A DNA stretch of 64,000 nt, from the NCBI RefSeq assembly GCF_000143415.4, contig NW_003314261.1, forward strand, positions 3,650,880 through 3,714,879. The letters are read 5' to 3'. This document shows, one piece after another, positions 1 to 11,423 of the stretch. The position numbers and the translations under genes are program-made. Source of the stretch: Selaginella moellendorffii (Eukaryota; Plantae; Lycopodiophyta). A model generated the notes under the pieces. The model worked only from the letters and a program-made list of their open reading frames with translations, did not search any database and was not told the DNA's origin. The first letter of the stretch is position 1; every line of letters starts with the position of its first letter.

Positions 1-380
1 CCGGTGATGGGATTGCCCACCGCGATCTTGGACTTCAGCCGAGCGGCGACGAGGCCGCCGCTGGCGCCCTTGAGATGGAATCCACCCTCGGGGAGGAAGC
101 AAGCGTTGGGGAGATTGCACCATTTCTTCAGCGACGCGCTGTAGCACCTGGTAATCTTGCGAGCCGAGTACCTGGGCCGGATGAGGAAGGGAGCAGCCTC
201 GCGCGATCGATTGGCCTCCCTCCACTGCTCTTGGAACGCTGGGCAGGTGGTGATGTGCCTCAGCTCGCGGCACACTAGGCGGACACTGAGGATGAATTCC
301 ACAGGAAGCATGGCGAGGATGCGCTGGAGCAGCGCCATCGGCAGCCTCTCCCATACCTTCGTCTTGAGCTTCTTTCCCAT
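1..380 (-). CDS. F-box protein, 5' part (runs off the window start)
   Basis: ATG at 380-378 opens MGKKLKTKVWERLPMALLQRILAMLPVEFILSVRLVCRELR..., an F-box pattern (W..LP......IL..LP......R.VCR). The frame stays open to position 1 (...GASGGLV...AVGNPIT). Confidence 0.8.
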   Translation of the reverse strand, partial: MGKKLKTKVWERLPMALLQRILAMLPVEFILSVRLVCRELRHITTCPAFQEQWREANRSREAAPFLIRPRYSARKITRCYSASLKKWCNLPNACFLPEGGFHLKGASGGLVAARLKSKIAVGNPIT

Positions 381-462
381 TGCAAAAACCCTAAACGGTT
401 AAAAAATTAAAGAAGACTTTTAAAGGCAACCCTACATTATTTATGTGGCCCTAAAATGCCCT

Positions 463-503
463 ATCCCACATGCCCAAGCTCAACGAGTTTCTTCGATATA
501 TAA
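463..503 (+). promoter_or_regulatory. Plant type-3 (U6/7SL-like) Pol III promoter: USE + TATA
   Basis: ATCCCACATGC at 463-473 matches the plant USE consensus RTCCCACATCG. TATATAA lies at 497-503. The ~23-bp gap is the Pol III-type spacing. Confidence 0.85.
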
Positions 504-526
504 GAGCTCGGTAGAGAGGGTATGGT

Positions 527-682
527 ATAAGCGCGCCCGCTTCAAGGTGGGAGTCAGCACGGTGTTATCCTCGGAGGGGGATTGTGACGTGGCTGATAAT
601 GCGGGGCACATCGCGTCAGGCGGGTAACCGAGCATCGCTATAGCTCCAGCTCTTGCCAGTGAAGGGATCACGCGCTCTTTTT
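527..682 (+). ncRNA. SRP (7SL) RNA, S-domain-only form lacking the Alu domain
   Basis: Helix 8 is GCGUCAGG-CGG-GUAA-CCG-AGCAUCGC (613-638), with the SRP54-binding CAGG/AGCA loop and a GNRA tetraloop. Helix 6 spans 555-595 and is capped by AUCCUC-GGAG-GGGGAU. Helix 5 pairs 546-554 with 643-651 and CUUC with GAAG. A closing stem AGCGCG(530-535)/CGCGCU(671-676) is followed by TTTTT (678-682). The TSS is estimated from TATA distance. Confidence 0.85.
678..682 (+). terminator. Pol III oligo-T terminator
   Basis: T5 run immediately after the closing stem of the SRP-like RNA. Confidence 0.7.
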
Positions 683-1267
683 CGCACCGCGATTTTGATG
701 ATTTGTTTCACTTGCGTGATTGGAAATCTATTAAATTCTCACGAGTTTGATGGCGTCATGGAATTGATTGAAATGGTGCCTCGCTCGCATATCGAGCGCC
801 CACAATCAAGGATCTTCTCTCTTCCGAGCATTCGAATTCCAAGGGTTTACAGGTTTTCTCCTCGAGGCATCCAAAAGATACCGTGGTTCAGGCATAAAAT
901 TGTTTGCAGGAAAATCGAGAAATCAAGATCAACGGCTATCAAAGAGCTTGTTTAGATTGAGGCCAGCGTACGTGGTTCTACATTCGTCTAGATTATGAGA
1001 TGCAAAAAAATATTACGAGGATGATCGCAACACGTAAAACATTCGTGTCTTCTTAACAACTCTTCCATCCCAGCCTGGCTTCTTCCGATCTCATCAATGA
1101 AGCTCTTTGTCGATTGAGACGCTTAGGCCTGGTGGATCGAGTCCAGCAAGTTTAACCGCCTTAGACCACCTTTTCAGCGATTGCGACCATTCACTGGGGA
1201 GATTCTTTGGTTACAAATGAATATCTAGAAAACTCGATGGTTTGTGTGTAGAAAATGTTGGTGGCAA

Positions 1268-2998
1268 ATGCTTCATGGATTCAAGCAACTGGAGGCCCCA
1301 GACATCTCAGAATTCGTGAGATTGATTAAGCTTTGCGGCAATTCAAGGAATCTTGTTCGTGCAGCGCAGCTAGAAGCACAGATCCTCCACAGCCCCCACA
1401 GCCAAGAGCGCTACCTCTCCAATCTTCTGGTAGAGATGTACGGGAAGTGCCGTGCACCAGCCGAGGCACGTCGCGTTTTCGATTCCATCCACAACAGGAA
1501 TCTCTACTCGTGGAATTTTCTCGTCGGGGCATATGCTCAGAACGGGCATTTGCTCGAGGCCAGAGCAGCGTTCGATCTCATGGGCGAGAGGAACGCCATC
1601 TCATGGACGGCCGTGATCAAAGCATACGTGGAATCTGGCCAACTGGAAAATGCTAAGATCCTGTTTGACCAGATGCCCGACCCGGATGTGGTGGTAAGGA
1701 ATGTCATGATTGCCGCATATGGCGAGACCGGGGATCTGGAAGAATGTCGACGAATCTTCGACAGGATGCCCGAGAGAACGGTAGTGACGTGGAATGCACT
1801 GCTCCAGGCGTACGCGTCCAGCGGCCACGTGGACGAGGCGCGCTGCGTGTTCGACCAGACGCCCGACCAGGACGTGGTGACGTGGAGCGCCATGCTCCAG
1901 GCCTACGTGGAGGCTGGCGACGTGGATGGCGCGCGAAAGGTCTTCGGTTCGATGCCCCAGCGCAACGTGGTCGCATGGACGTCTATGGTACGAGCGTACG
2001 GTGCCGCCGGGGATATCCCGGAATCGACGGCCCTCTTCCACAAGATGCCCGAGTGGGACGTAGTGGCGTGGACGGCTATGGTGGCTGTTCTTGGGCAGGG
2101 CGGGCATCTGGAGGAGGCGAGGGCGATGTTTGATTCGCTGCCCCACCAGGACGCGATCGCCTGGAATGCGATGATCGGCTCGTACGCGCAGCGCGGCCGG
2201 ATTGCCGAGGCGCGGGATCTCTTCCAGGAATTAGGAAGCCTCCGCTGCTCGCACAATCTCGTCGCCTCGTCGTGGAATGCCATCATTGCGATGCACGGGC
2301 AGACTGGGCAGATCGTGGAGGCGAAGTGCGCGTTTGATTCCATGCCGGAACACAGCATCGTCTCCTGGAACGCGATTCTTGTTGCATTTGCCCAGGCCAG
2401 GGATCTTGGGGCGGTGAAGAGGCTCTTCGATTCAATGCCGGCGCGGGATCCAATCTCCTGGACGGCAATGCTCGCCGCCACCGGCCAGCAGCGCGGCCAG
2501 GCGGCACGCGCGCACGAGATATTCAACCAGATCCCTTGCCCGACGGTGACAGCGTGGAATGCGATCATCTCCGCGCACGGGCAGAGCGGCGAATGGGGCG
2601 CCGCCATTGCCCTCTTCCGTGAGATGCTGCTCGCGGGCGCGAGCCCTAACGAGATCACGTTCACAGCAGTGCTCGCGAGCTGCGGCCATGGCGGCGGCCT
2701 CGCGGATGGGCGGCACTGCTTCCACTCCATCGCAGCGGATTTCGGGCGGAGGGTGATCGCTGATCACTATTACTGCATGATTGATCTCCTGGGCCGTGCC
2801 AAGCAGCTCCGCCACGCTGAGGAGCTCGTCGCTGCCATGCCTTACGTGCCGGATCCAGCGGCCAGGATTGCACTGCTCAGTGCATCATGCAGTGACGTGG
2901 AGCGTGGGACGCGGGTGGCGGACCACTTGCTTCAGTTTAGCCCCGAGAATGCAGCGTCCTATAACTTGATTTCCAACGCTTTGCAAGGTTCCTCTTAA
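1268..2998 (+). CDS. PLS-class pentatricopeptide repeat protein (tandem ~31-aa repeats, truncated E-type C-terminus, no DYW)
   Basis: Intronless ORF (first ATG 1268) with repeated V(S/A)WNAM..AYAQ.G.L.EAR..FD.MP motifs, then ITFTAVLASCGHGG and HYYCMIDLLGRA. It ends at ...AASYNLISN. Confidence 0.93.
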   Translation: MLHGFKQLEAPDISEFVRLIKLCGNSRNLVRAAQLEAQILHSPHSQERYLSNLLVEMYGKCRAPAEARRVFDSIHNRNLYSWNFLVGAYAQNGHLLEARAAFDLMGERNAISWTAVIKAYVESGQLENAKILFDQMPDPDVVVRNVMIAAYGETGDLEECRRIFDRMPERTVVTWNALLQAYASSGHVDEARCVFDQTPDQDVVTWSAMLQAYVEAGDVDGARKVFGSMPQRNVVAWTSMVRAYGAAGDIPESTALFHKMPEWDVVAWTAMVAVLGQGGHLEEARAMFDSLPHQDAIAWNAMIGSYAQRGRIAEARDLFQELGSLRCSHNLVASSWNAIIAMHGQTGQIVEAKCAFDSMPEHSIVSWNAILVAFAQARDLGAVKRLFDSMPARDPISWTAMLAATGQQRGQAARAHEIFNQIPCPTVTAWNAIISAHGQSGEWGAAIALFREMLLAGASPNEITFTAVLASCGHGGGLADGRHCFHSIAADFGRRVIADHYYCMIDLLGRAKQLRHAEELVAAMPYVPDPAARIALLSASCSDVERGTRVADHLLQFSPENAASYNLISNALQGSS

Positions 2999-5616
2999 CG
3001 GGAATTATTTTCAAGAAAAAGTTTCATCACATATATAATAAATGCTATTTTGTTATCCTAATATTTATGAAAGGAAATTGATATTTTCTTTACTTAAAAT
3101 TTTAAAAAATAATTTAATTAAAAAATCTTCCAACTATAAAGTGTAAGTAATCTATATATTTGAGAAAATTAATTAAAAGCGTTTCAAAAATTTGTTTAGC
3201 AAACTAAAATTTAAAAATTTCTTTACTTGATGATTTTTTAGTAAAGATAAAGAAGTTTTAATACACAAATTACAGTGTATATATTGTAATCTTTATTATA
3301 TTTATAATCATCACTTGCCTCACCATGTGATCGGCTAAAATCATAAGGTGGGAATATGTTTAAAACATAAATATTTATTTTTTCGTTTCTTCGTTACTTC
3401 GTCATAAAAGTTTTTTATGTGTGGTAAGCAAAGTAAACTTAATGAGAGCATCCGACAAAAAAAAGGGAGAGAAGAAGAAAATGTTAAAGTATGAGTGTCG
3501 TGGGATCACTGAATCTCAGTAATTACATCAAAATAAAAAAAAATAAAAGAAAGTAACTTTATTATTTATTTTACACTTTCAATATATCTTTTACACTAAA
3601 AATACAAACATAATAGACAAATTACTTTTCTTTTTGTTCTTTATTTTTTCGTTTCCACCAACATTTTATTTACACTATAGAAAGTAAAAGAGATTATTCT
3701 CTTTGGAATATATCCTACCTTTAAATTCAAAATTGACATTAATGCTTTTGAGATACTAACATGAGCACTTACAGACTGTATTTGCAATTAATATTTTGTG
3801 AAGTCGCTTAGTATTATTTTGCCTTTAAATCACATTAATATTTGGATTACACATTGATAGTAATATTTTGCCCTCTAGAGTTGAGCTAGCCCCGATTGGA
3901 GGAGCTAGCATGGAGGACTTACAGAGGAGGGAACTTATGGATGTTATGGTGGTGGTGGGCCGCTGTGATCATCCTTTTCATTTGTCATCATCAATGCACT
4001 AATGAGTGTATCTATTTCCTAAGCATGCAGAAATAGCAATACCTACATGTGTGAATAGAAGAGGAGGAAATGCTGGATCTTCCAAAAGCATTAGATTCTT
4101 GCTGTAGCCATCACACTAAGGTTGGTATGTTTCTAGTTAGACAACTTGTCCAAATTAATGTGGTTTTGTAGGGATCACATAATCCAAAATACTCATTTCT
4201 CGGCATATGCCCATCATTCCAGCTTACCAGATCTCACTCGTCCATTTTCCTAAAGGTAATTTCTACTTTTATTTGTACCTCTAATCACCAAGAAAAAGAG
4301 AAAATCAGCGTGATTGTTGAGAAAAATCTAAAGAAGGCACAAATCTGAATCTCCAACTGCTTGATTCGTTTTTCCTATGAAACTCTAACTTAACAGAACC
4401 TCTTTTTAGCATATCTCTTTTGGCCCATTGTGTCTTCTAGTTTAAATGATAAAACCTTTCACCCCGTGGTCAATTAGACCCTTTGCTCGAGCTGCTACTT
4501 GGAGGCCACTTGGTGCGCCTTGAGTGGCCACCTCCTCATAGATCATTGGATGATCATCACTTTTGGATACATGTAGTTCAGCATCGACTACTGTATTCAA
4601 GGATCAGAGGAACCAAAGAGCTTGAATTCTTCAAGTGATGGTTTGACTCCACTGATGACTGAAGTTATGGGGTTAGGATGCAGGATCAGCTGGAGAGAGT
4701 TGGGCAGGAGTTGGGATGGAAGAGGAGGCAATGACACACGCTGCATGTCTTTGATGTTTCCTGGTCCTTGAAATCTCCTAGAGCAAGCTGGAAAAGTAAT
4801 AATCAATTCAACAAGGATTTAATACAATACATATATATGGGCTGGCAGGCTGTGGGGATTGGGTTGCTGTGGCACAACAATGCCAGGTTTGATCTAACAT
4901 GATTGAAGTAAGGCATTAAATTGAAAGAGTATATTTAATTCCCTTAGAGAACAGGTCATATCTAATCTTTGGTGCAATAACAAGATGCAAAGCAACAGTT
5001 TTACATGCCTTAGTTAGCACTGGCAGGGTGGTTGACGCTCTAAGATTACCACTAGACTTAGCAAAAGTCATTACCAGTGCCTAGCATTCTAATGATGCAA
5101 AATCAGTGGCAACTACCTAGCCCTAATATTCTATATCCACTTTAAAATTAAGGCTACTTACAATTATTAGAGAAAATGACACATTTATTAATTAGTAGCT
5201 ACTTAAAATATAATATACCCTTGAATAAAGTAAATCATATGTATTTAACATTCATGAGTATGTCTTTCATTTTGTAAGGCATCCATAAATGAAAATATTC
5301 ATCATAAAATTACGGTATGAGTGGATGATTAATTGCCTTATATAAAATAGCTCATGGGATGAAATTTGCCACTAAAGCCTCCCTCATCAAGTAATTACCT
5401 TTTTTTAAATTGGCTTCAGAGGAAAGAAATAAGGTGTAATATATCATCTTTCTTGTTTGTATAGCCCTTTCTTATTGCCTCAACCTTGGAACTCTGAATC
5501 ATTTGTCACTTTTGCATTGTCTTTAACCATCACCACTGGAGTAGCCTAAGAAGACGGTAATTACCTCTTCTGGGAAATAACCAACAGAGTTAACCACCCT
5601 TACTGCTCTAGGTGTC

Positions 5617-7328
5617 TATAAGCGACTAAATTTTCCATTCTACTTTAGTCACTTAACCACACCTCTGACCACTTGGAGGAGTCTCATTCGCAACCTCCAT
5701 AAGTCCAATCCAGGACTTGGGACTTGCTAGCCCCGAGAATGGCATCCATGCCACTCAACATTTGCACTTGGTCAAAGTGCTCCACGTGTCCGATCCCATG
5801 ACCGACACTCAAAGGTACCACCGACATAGCAGCCCGTTACGCTAAGGCCATGCCCAATCATCTTTGCCACACTGGTAGTCCAATACCACTTGCATCACCA
5901 TCTTGGCTCTCCAAGACTAGGCAAACCATCCGTGAGTGGTCATCTCAGATCCACTCCTTAGCATCCTTAGGATGCCCACCGACAAGGGGAATAGCCTTCC
6001 CCAATATCCCTCTGTCAGTCCCCACTAAGTCCCTTTCCGCCCCTGGCCGTGTTTGCCAACACTGCCACTGGATCGAGACCCACAGGCCCGACCACTAAGT
6101 CCCACGGTCCTCTGGGACTTCCTCACCACACGACTGTGTCCTTGGTCACTACCCCAGAGGACTGCTCCTCTTCCTTTCCACAGTCTGGGCCTTTGGGACA
6201 ACATTTCGGAACACCGTGGCCTTACGCGAGCCACCTGGGTACTCTCCTCGCCTTCTGCCCTGGGTGCTCTAGCCAGGGGCTTAGAGCGGGTTCCGTTGAG
6301 CCACACCAGGTATCCAAGTAGGTAGTGCCACCCACACTTGGACTGGGAGCATCGGCCAGTCGATCTCCCGGGGAAACTAGAGCCGGCTCTTGAACACTTC
6401 ACCAAGCTACCCCGCTTGTCGGTCCGTATTCACTCTAGTCTTGGACTTCCTAGTGGTCAGTTCATCACCCAACACTGGGTCTGGCCCTTCCTGGGCCAAA
6501 CTGGCCTTTCCTAGCCAAACTGGCTCCACTGCAGTCCTCCCCCTACTATACTTTTGGAGCTCACCAAACTCCCCAGGGTCTGGGAGACGAACGCTTTGGG
6601 CTTTCACCCTCTCAGACTTGAACTCGGACTCGGACTCGGACTCGGACTCGGACTCGGACTTGGACTCGGGCTCGGGCTCGGTCTCGGCCTCGGCCTCGGT
6701 CTCGTTCTCGGTCCCGATCTCGGTCCCGATCTCGGTCTCGACTTCGGACTCCATCTCGGACTCCATCTTGGACTCCATCTCGGGTCCATCTCGGACTCCA
6801 TCTCGGGTCCATCTCAGACTCCATTTCGGGTCCATCTCGGACTCCATCTCGGGTCCATCTCAGACTCCATCTCGGACTCCATTTCGGGTCCATCTTGGAC
6901 TCCATTTCGGGTCCATCTCGGGTCCACCTCGGACTCCATCTCGGGTCCATCTCGGACTCCACTTCGGACTCCAACTCGGGTCCATCTCGGACTCCACTTC
7001 GGACTCCAACTCGGTTCCATCTCGGACTCCACTTCGGACTCCAACTCGAGTCCATCTCGGACTCCACTTCGGACTCCAACTCGAGTCCATCTCGGACACT
7101 TCCACGTGTCATGTGTTGGTCCTTTTGGGTCCCTTTTTGGAGCCTCGCTTTTTGCTCGCTTTGTGCTCGTTCCTCGAGCACTTGTTTGGGAGTTCCACTC
7201 CCGCTCTTGACTTTTCAAGTCGGAGCTTTTGGTCCAAACGTGTTACGCTCGTTTGGCTCTCGCTTCAGCCAATACCACGTGGCACCCTTCCGGCTCCACT
7301 TTGGGGCCTAGAGATTTTATGTCTCACA
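5617..7328 (-). repeat. 3' LTR (1712 bp)
   Basis: Near-identical to 11424-13230 and adjacent to the PPT. Confidence 0.92.
6620..7097. repeat. Compound minisatellite in the 3' LTR (6-mer, 11/12-mer and 35-mer tiers)
   Basis: (GACTCG)n, then CTCGGACTCCAT/CTCGGGTCCAT units, then 4 copies of a 35-bp unit at 6951-7090. Confidence 0.95.
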
Positions 7329-10300
7329 ACTCCACCACCCATAAACGAAGTTCGATGTCCTCATCAAACGGTAAACCATTTTGTAAAGTAACACTCGTAT
7401 GTGTTACCATTTCCATCCTTGGCACCTAGCCAATATTTGTCAATGGTTTGACATTGAAGGCTCACCATGCCTTTTGCATATGCCTCAATGGTTTGACACC
7501 AAAGGCTCACCATGCCTTGCCTATCCTCTAAGGAGGGTAGTCTCTCCAACTTAGAGACTGATTGGACCACATGTAGTGGTTCTCTCCTTTTATTGGTTTA
7601 GTTCTCGCTAAACCTCTTAGAGACCCTTTTCTAAGTCAATCCCACTACTCCTTCTTGAGTAGTCTCAATTTCCATTTATGGAATGTTTGCACCTTGGAAC
7701 TTTTACTCTTTTGACTTTTGGAAGTCAATTTCCTAGGTGTCTCCAACACCTTGCATTGCACAGATTGTGCAACTCCACTTCCCTATCCTAGGAAGTTCAT
7801 TACTTGAGGGCACCATCATCCTCTCTTCTATTTCGTGCCACCTTGGGCACTAAGTTCCATTTATCACACTTTGTGCTAGGGTTGTCCATCGCCCTATCAT
7901 TTGGCTACCTTACCGCTCCCTCCCTTGGAGCTTCTACTTTCGCCAAATCGGAGCAATTCGGAATCCATCCTTGGAAACACACTTCCTTTCCCGCAATTTG
8001 TTAGCGTCCAACACATTAGTGTTCCTCGCCTAACTTTGTCACTTAGATTCCTTCCCAGGGATTCCACGGCCCTATCTTGGCCACTCATCTTTTGCTCCTA
8101 TCTGTTGATTGTTGCACCAAGCAACATCGAATCTCTACCTCCCTCCTTGAGGTATTCTTTTGATTCCATAGCAAAGGCTCTGCTTTGCCAAAACTTAGTA
8201 AGTCTCTTTTAGCATCTTCTGCTGTGGGCTCTATCCTCGGCCCAACTTTGTGACCCTCTCATGGGTCTCTTTAGAGACTACTTTCCTGGGACACACTATG
8301 CCATCGCAATGACATAGCTCATTTCCCTAAGGTGCTTTTCCCACTTGGTCACCTTGACCAAGCCACACCATCATCAATAGTTCAAATCAACACTTTGAAC
8401 TAGGAACCTTATTCCTTAACCCAAACAAGGACCTTGTCCTTATTTAGCCACAAGATCACCTAGTGATCTCACCTCGGCACCTTAACAGATTTGCCAATAG
8501 GTACTAGGTCTTCCAGACCTTTAACTTGTTAACTACGACCCCGGGGGCATCCCCCACACTTGGCGGTGCGCCCAAGCCAGCCCTTCTGGCCAAGGGTCCA
8601 TAGCAACTGAGATTAGGTGTCCCCATCTCACTCACCACGTCCTTGGTGCCACTTGCACCAAAGCGTTCAAGTTAGATATGCTGAGCTTTCACACTAAGCA
8701 ATCTAACCGTGCATCACGACTCCGAGGCATCCCTCGCTTGGCAGTGTGCCCAAACCAGTCTCCCCATTGAGAGTCCATGACCACCGAAATATGAGTGTCC
8801 TCATATTCCAAACCATCACCACGCCCTAGTGATTTGGGACTCGAACCCAAGCACTAGAGGGTCGGGACTCAAACCCAACCTCCGTATATGCATCTACGGA
8901 CGGCATCACACAAGATGCCTGGCGTGACTCCCCACACCGGTGCACCAACTTATACTTAAAGCGCGCTACAGATCACAGCTTAGGAACCTAGTTCCTCCAC
9001 ACTGCCAAGTCCTCTCACTTGACATGTCTGTGATCATGCATGGACTCCTCCATGCTCGGCCCCATGGCCCACCCTTTTTGAAGTTATCACCTTCAACTAG
9101 GGTATTTGTTCCCCCGACGTGCCAATCTCGCTTGGCAAGTCCTCCGACCACTGTAACATGGTTCCTGCATAAGCGTGAAAGTCCTTGACCATCAACTTTT
9201 GTTCAAAGCCCTCTCTTTGAACACTCGGGAACTACTTCCCTAACTTTGATAGCCTTGCCTCATGGCAAGCTTCAAGACCACGCTTCTGCTGCGCCACTCT
9301 GATTTTGCGCGTTCCATGAACCATTTACACTTGGCCTTTCTAGGTACTAAGCTACCTAGAATCGTCTCTGGGAACCTTGAAGGAACTCTGTCCCTCAGCT
9401 TGCTAAGGCCTCCCTTTTTGCAAGCCTTCCAAATGCCACCTAGTCTAACATGGATAATTCCATATTTTAGACTCTCTATGGCATCATGGTTGTTAGCGGC
9501 AACACCCTCGAGCCCCCACTTGATCCTCCACTCCCAGCTGGCATAACCAACCTTGGTTATGCCCTTTGATTCCTATGGTTCGGTTCTATCCCCTTACTTC
9601 TTGCTTTTTGGCTTCACACCTTTCCTTTGGTCATTCTCCTCCAGACCAGGAGGATAGCGTTGCACTTTCTATCATGCTTTAGCAAGTATTCTTAGGGATG
9701 AACCTACCCAATAGCCCAGGGAGTGGTTCCTCAATCCGGGTATGCTCACCTTATAATCCCACACACTGGGATTACATTGTTGCTTATGGGCCTTTACATG
9801 CCCATCACTAGCCTTGCCAAAATTTCATTTTTGGCTTTGTCCAACTCGGGTAGACAGTCCTCTCCTGTCTCCGCAACCTTGGACATTTAGATAGCACCTT
9901 CTATCCATCATTTGCTAGGGACTTAGTCCCTTGGGCTTTATCCATTGCCCTTGCGATATCAAACACCACCTTCTGGTGTTTTAGAGTGTTCGGGTGTCCC
10001 AATGATGGCTTTCTTGACAATGAGTATTTCCTTTTATGACATTGATTTACTATATCGCAACATAAGCAACTTATCCCCCATAAGGGTATATCCAACTTCC
10101 CTATGCCATTAAGAAGGCTTGGGTAGCTACTTTCTACCCATTTAACCAATTATTTTGCACCTCTTGCTTAGTTGCCTCATAATTGTCAAGTCCTACAACT
10201 CATTGTTGGTGCTTCCACACCTCCATCATTATCTGGGTCACCACACTCCAACTGCATGCTCTGCAACTTAGGCTATGCCATTCCCATTTCCATTGGGATT

Positions 10301-11423
10301 CCTTTGGCAAGGGGTTCTCATGAACCCACCAACATAGCCTCAAGGCATCACACCTTGGCACATTTGGTGTCTCCACACCATCGGCTCCACGAGCCTACCT
10401 CTATGACACTTTCCCTTCGTATCTAAGTCTTTGCCAAGACCAACACCACCCTTTCTCATGCCAACCATCCGTTAGCACTGCACCATAGAGGTCACACACA
10501 ACTTTGTGTCAAAGTTGTTTTCTCCTGGGAACACCTTTCCCATAACTTTAGCATGGCACATTTTGCCATCGATGAGATACCCTTTGTTCTCATCCTTGGA
10601 TCCTATAATCCCCCCCCATCCTTTGTGGGGTACAACACACCTCAGTCCAAATGCTTTCATCAATCCTTTTAGGACCATCCCTTGACTCTACTTGAGTCAT
10701 CCAACAGTTTTGGACTTGGTTAATCCTCAGACCTGTAAGGTCTTACTTGTGAGGCACTAGCTCACTGGAATACACTTCTTGCATTCCTGTCCTACTCAAA
10801 AGGACTATTTTCACAAGTGTTACTCCGACACTTGATTTTGTTCTCTGGGGGCAACTTTTGCCCCTTTAGGACTACTTGTCCATGCGATGAAAATACCACT
10901 CATCTCTAAGTACACCCCCTAACTCCTTGGGTTGTTCCAGCATTTATTAAAGGTAGCCCCGGCTACCATTTCAAGGACTTGAGTCCTCTTCCGTATTTGA
11001 CCTTCCACAGTCATTACCTTTGGTCTCACATTCATGAGCACCAACCTCAACTATATGAGGATAATTTTGTGACTCCTTTATTGTTTTGGAGTCTCTATCT
11101 TTCCCGTGATCCCAACTTTAGTTGTTTACCACAACAACCTTAGCCAATTTGCTGAGACAAATGCTCATCCGGATCACATCCTCAACTCAATGAGGAAAAC
11201 CTTGCACTGTTCCCAAGATCCCAAAGTCGTTCCATTATTGGCCCTTTTCTATCCACCACCTCGTCTACAAGTTCACACATGAACTGTAATGGAGAGCCAT
11301 GTCTTCCCGACTTGCTACTCCTCAAGGATAGGCCCACTCCTCGGACCTTCCAATGCCAACACTAGTGGTGATATACTTGAGCACCAATAAAAGTCGGACT
11401 AAGGAACAGCTCCGATACCAAAT

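Noticed and set aside
527-682. Telomerase RNA, U6, U3, U6atac or MRP as the product of the USE/TATA promoter
   Set aside because: There is no CCCUAAA-type template in the unit and none of the hallmark motifs of those RNAs. The SRP helix 6 and helix 8 signatures fit instead.
3880-4910. GC-richer, exon-like island with splice-like sites
   Set aside because: Stops occur in the frames examined and no family was recognised, so no call can be supported.
6951-7090. CRISPR-like 35-bp repeats
   Set aside because: The copies are head-to-tail with no unique spacers, in a eukaryotic LTR context.
6390-7391. Long ORFs on both strands in the LTRs (also 12146-13314)
   Set aside because: They are by-products of a stop-free minisatellite, and frames differ between the two LTRs.
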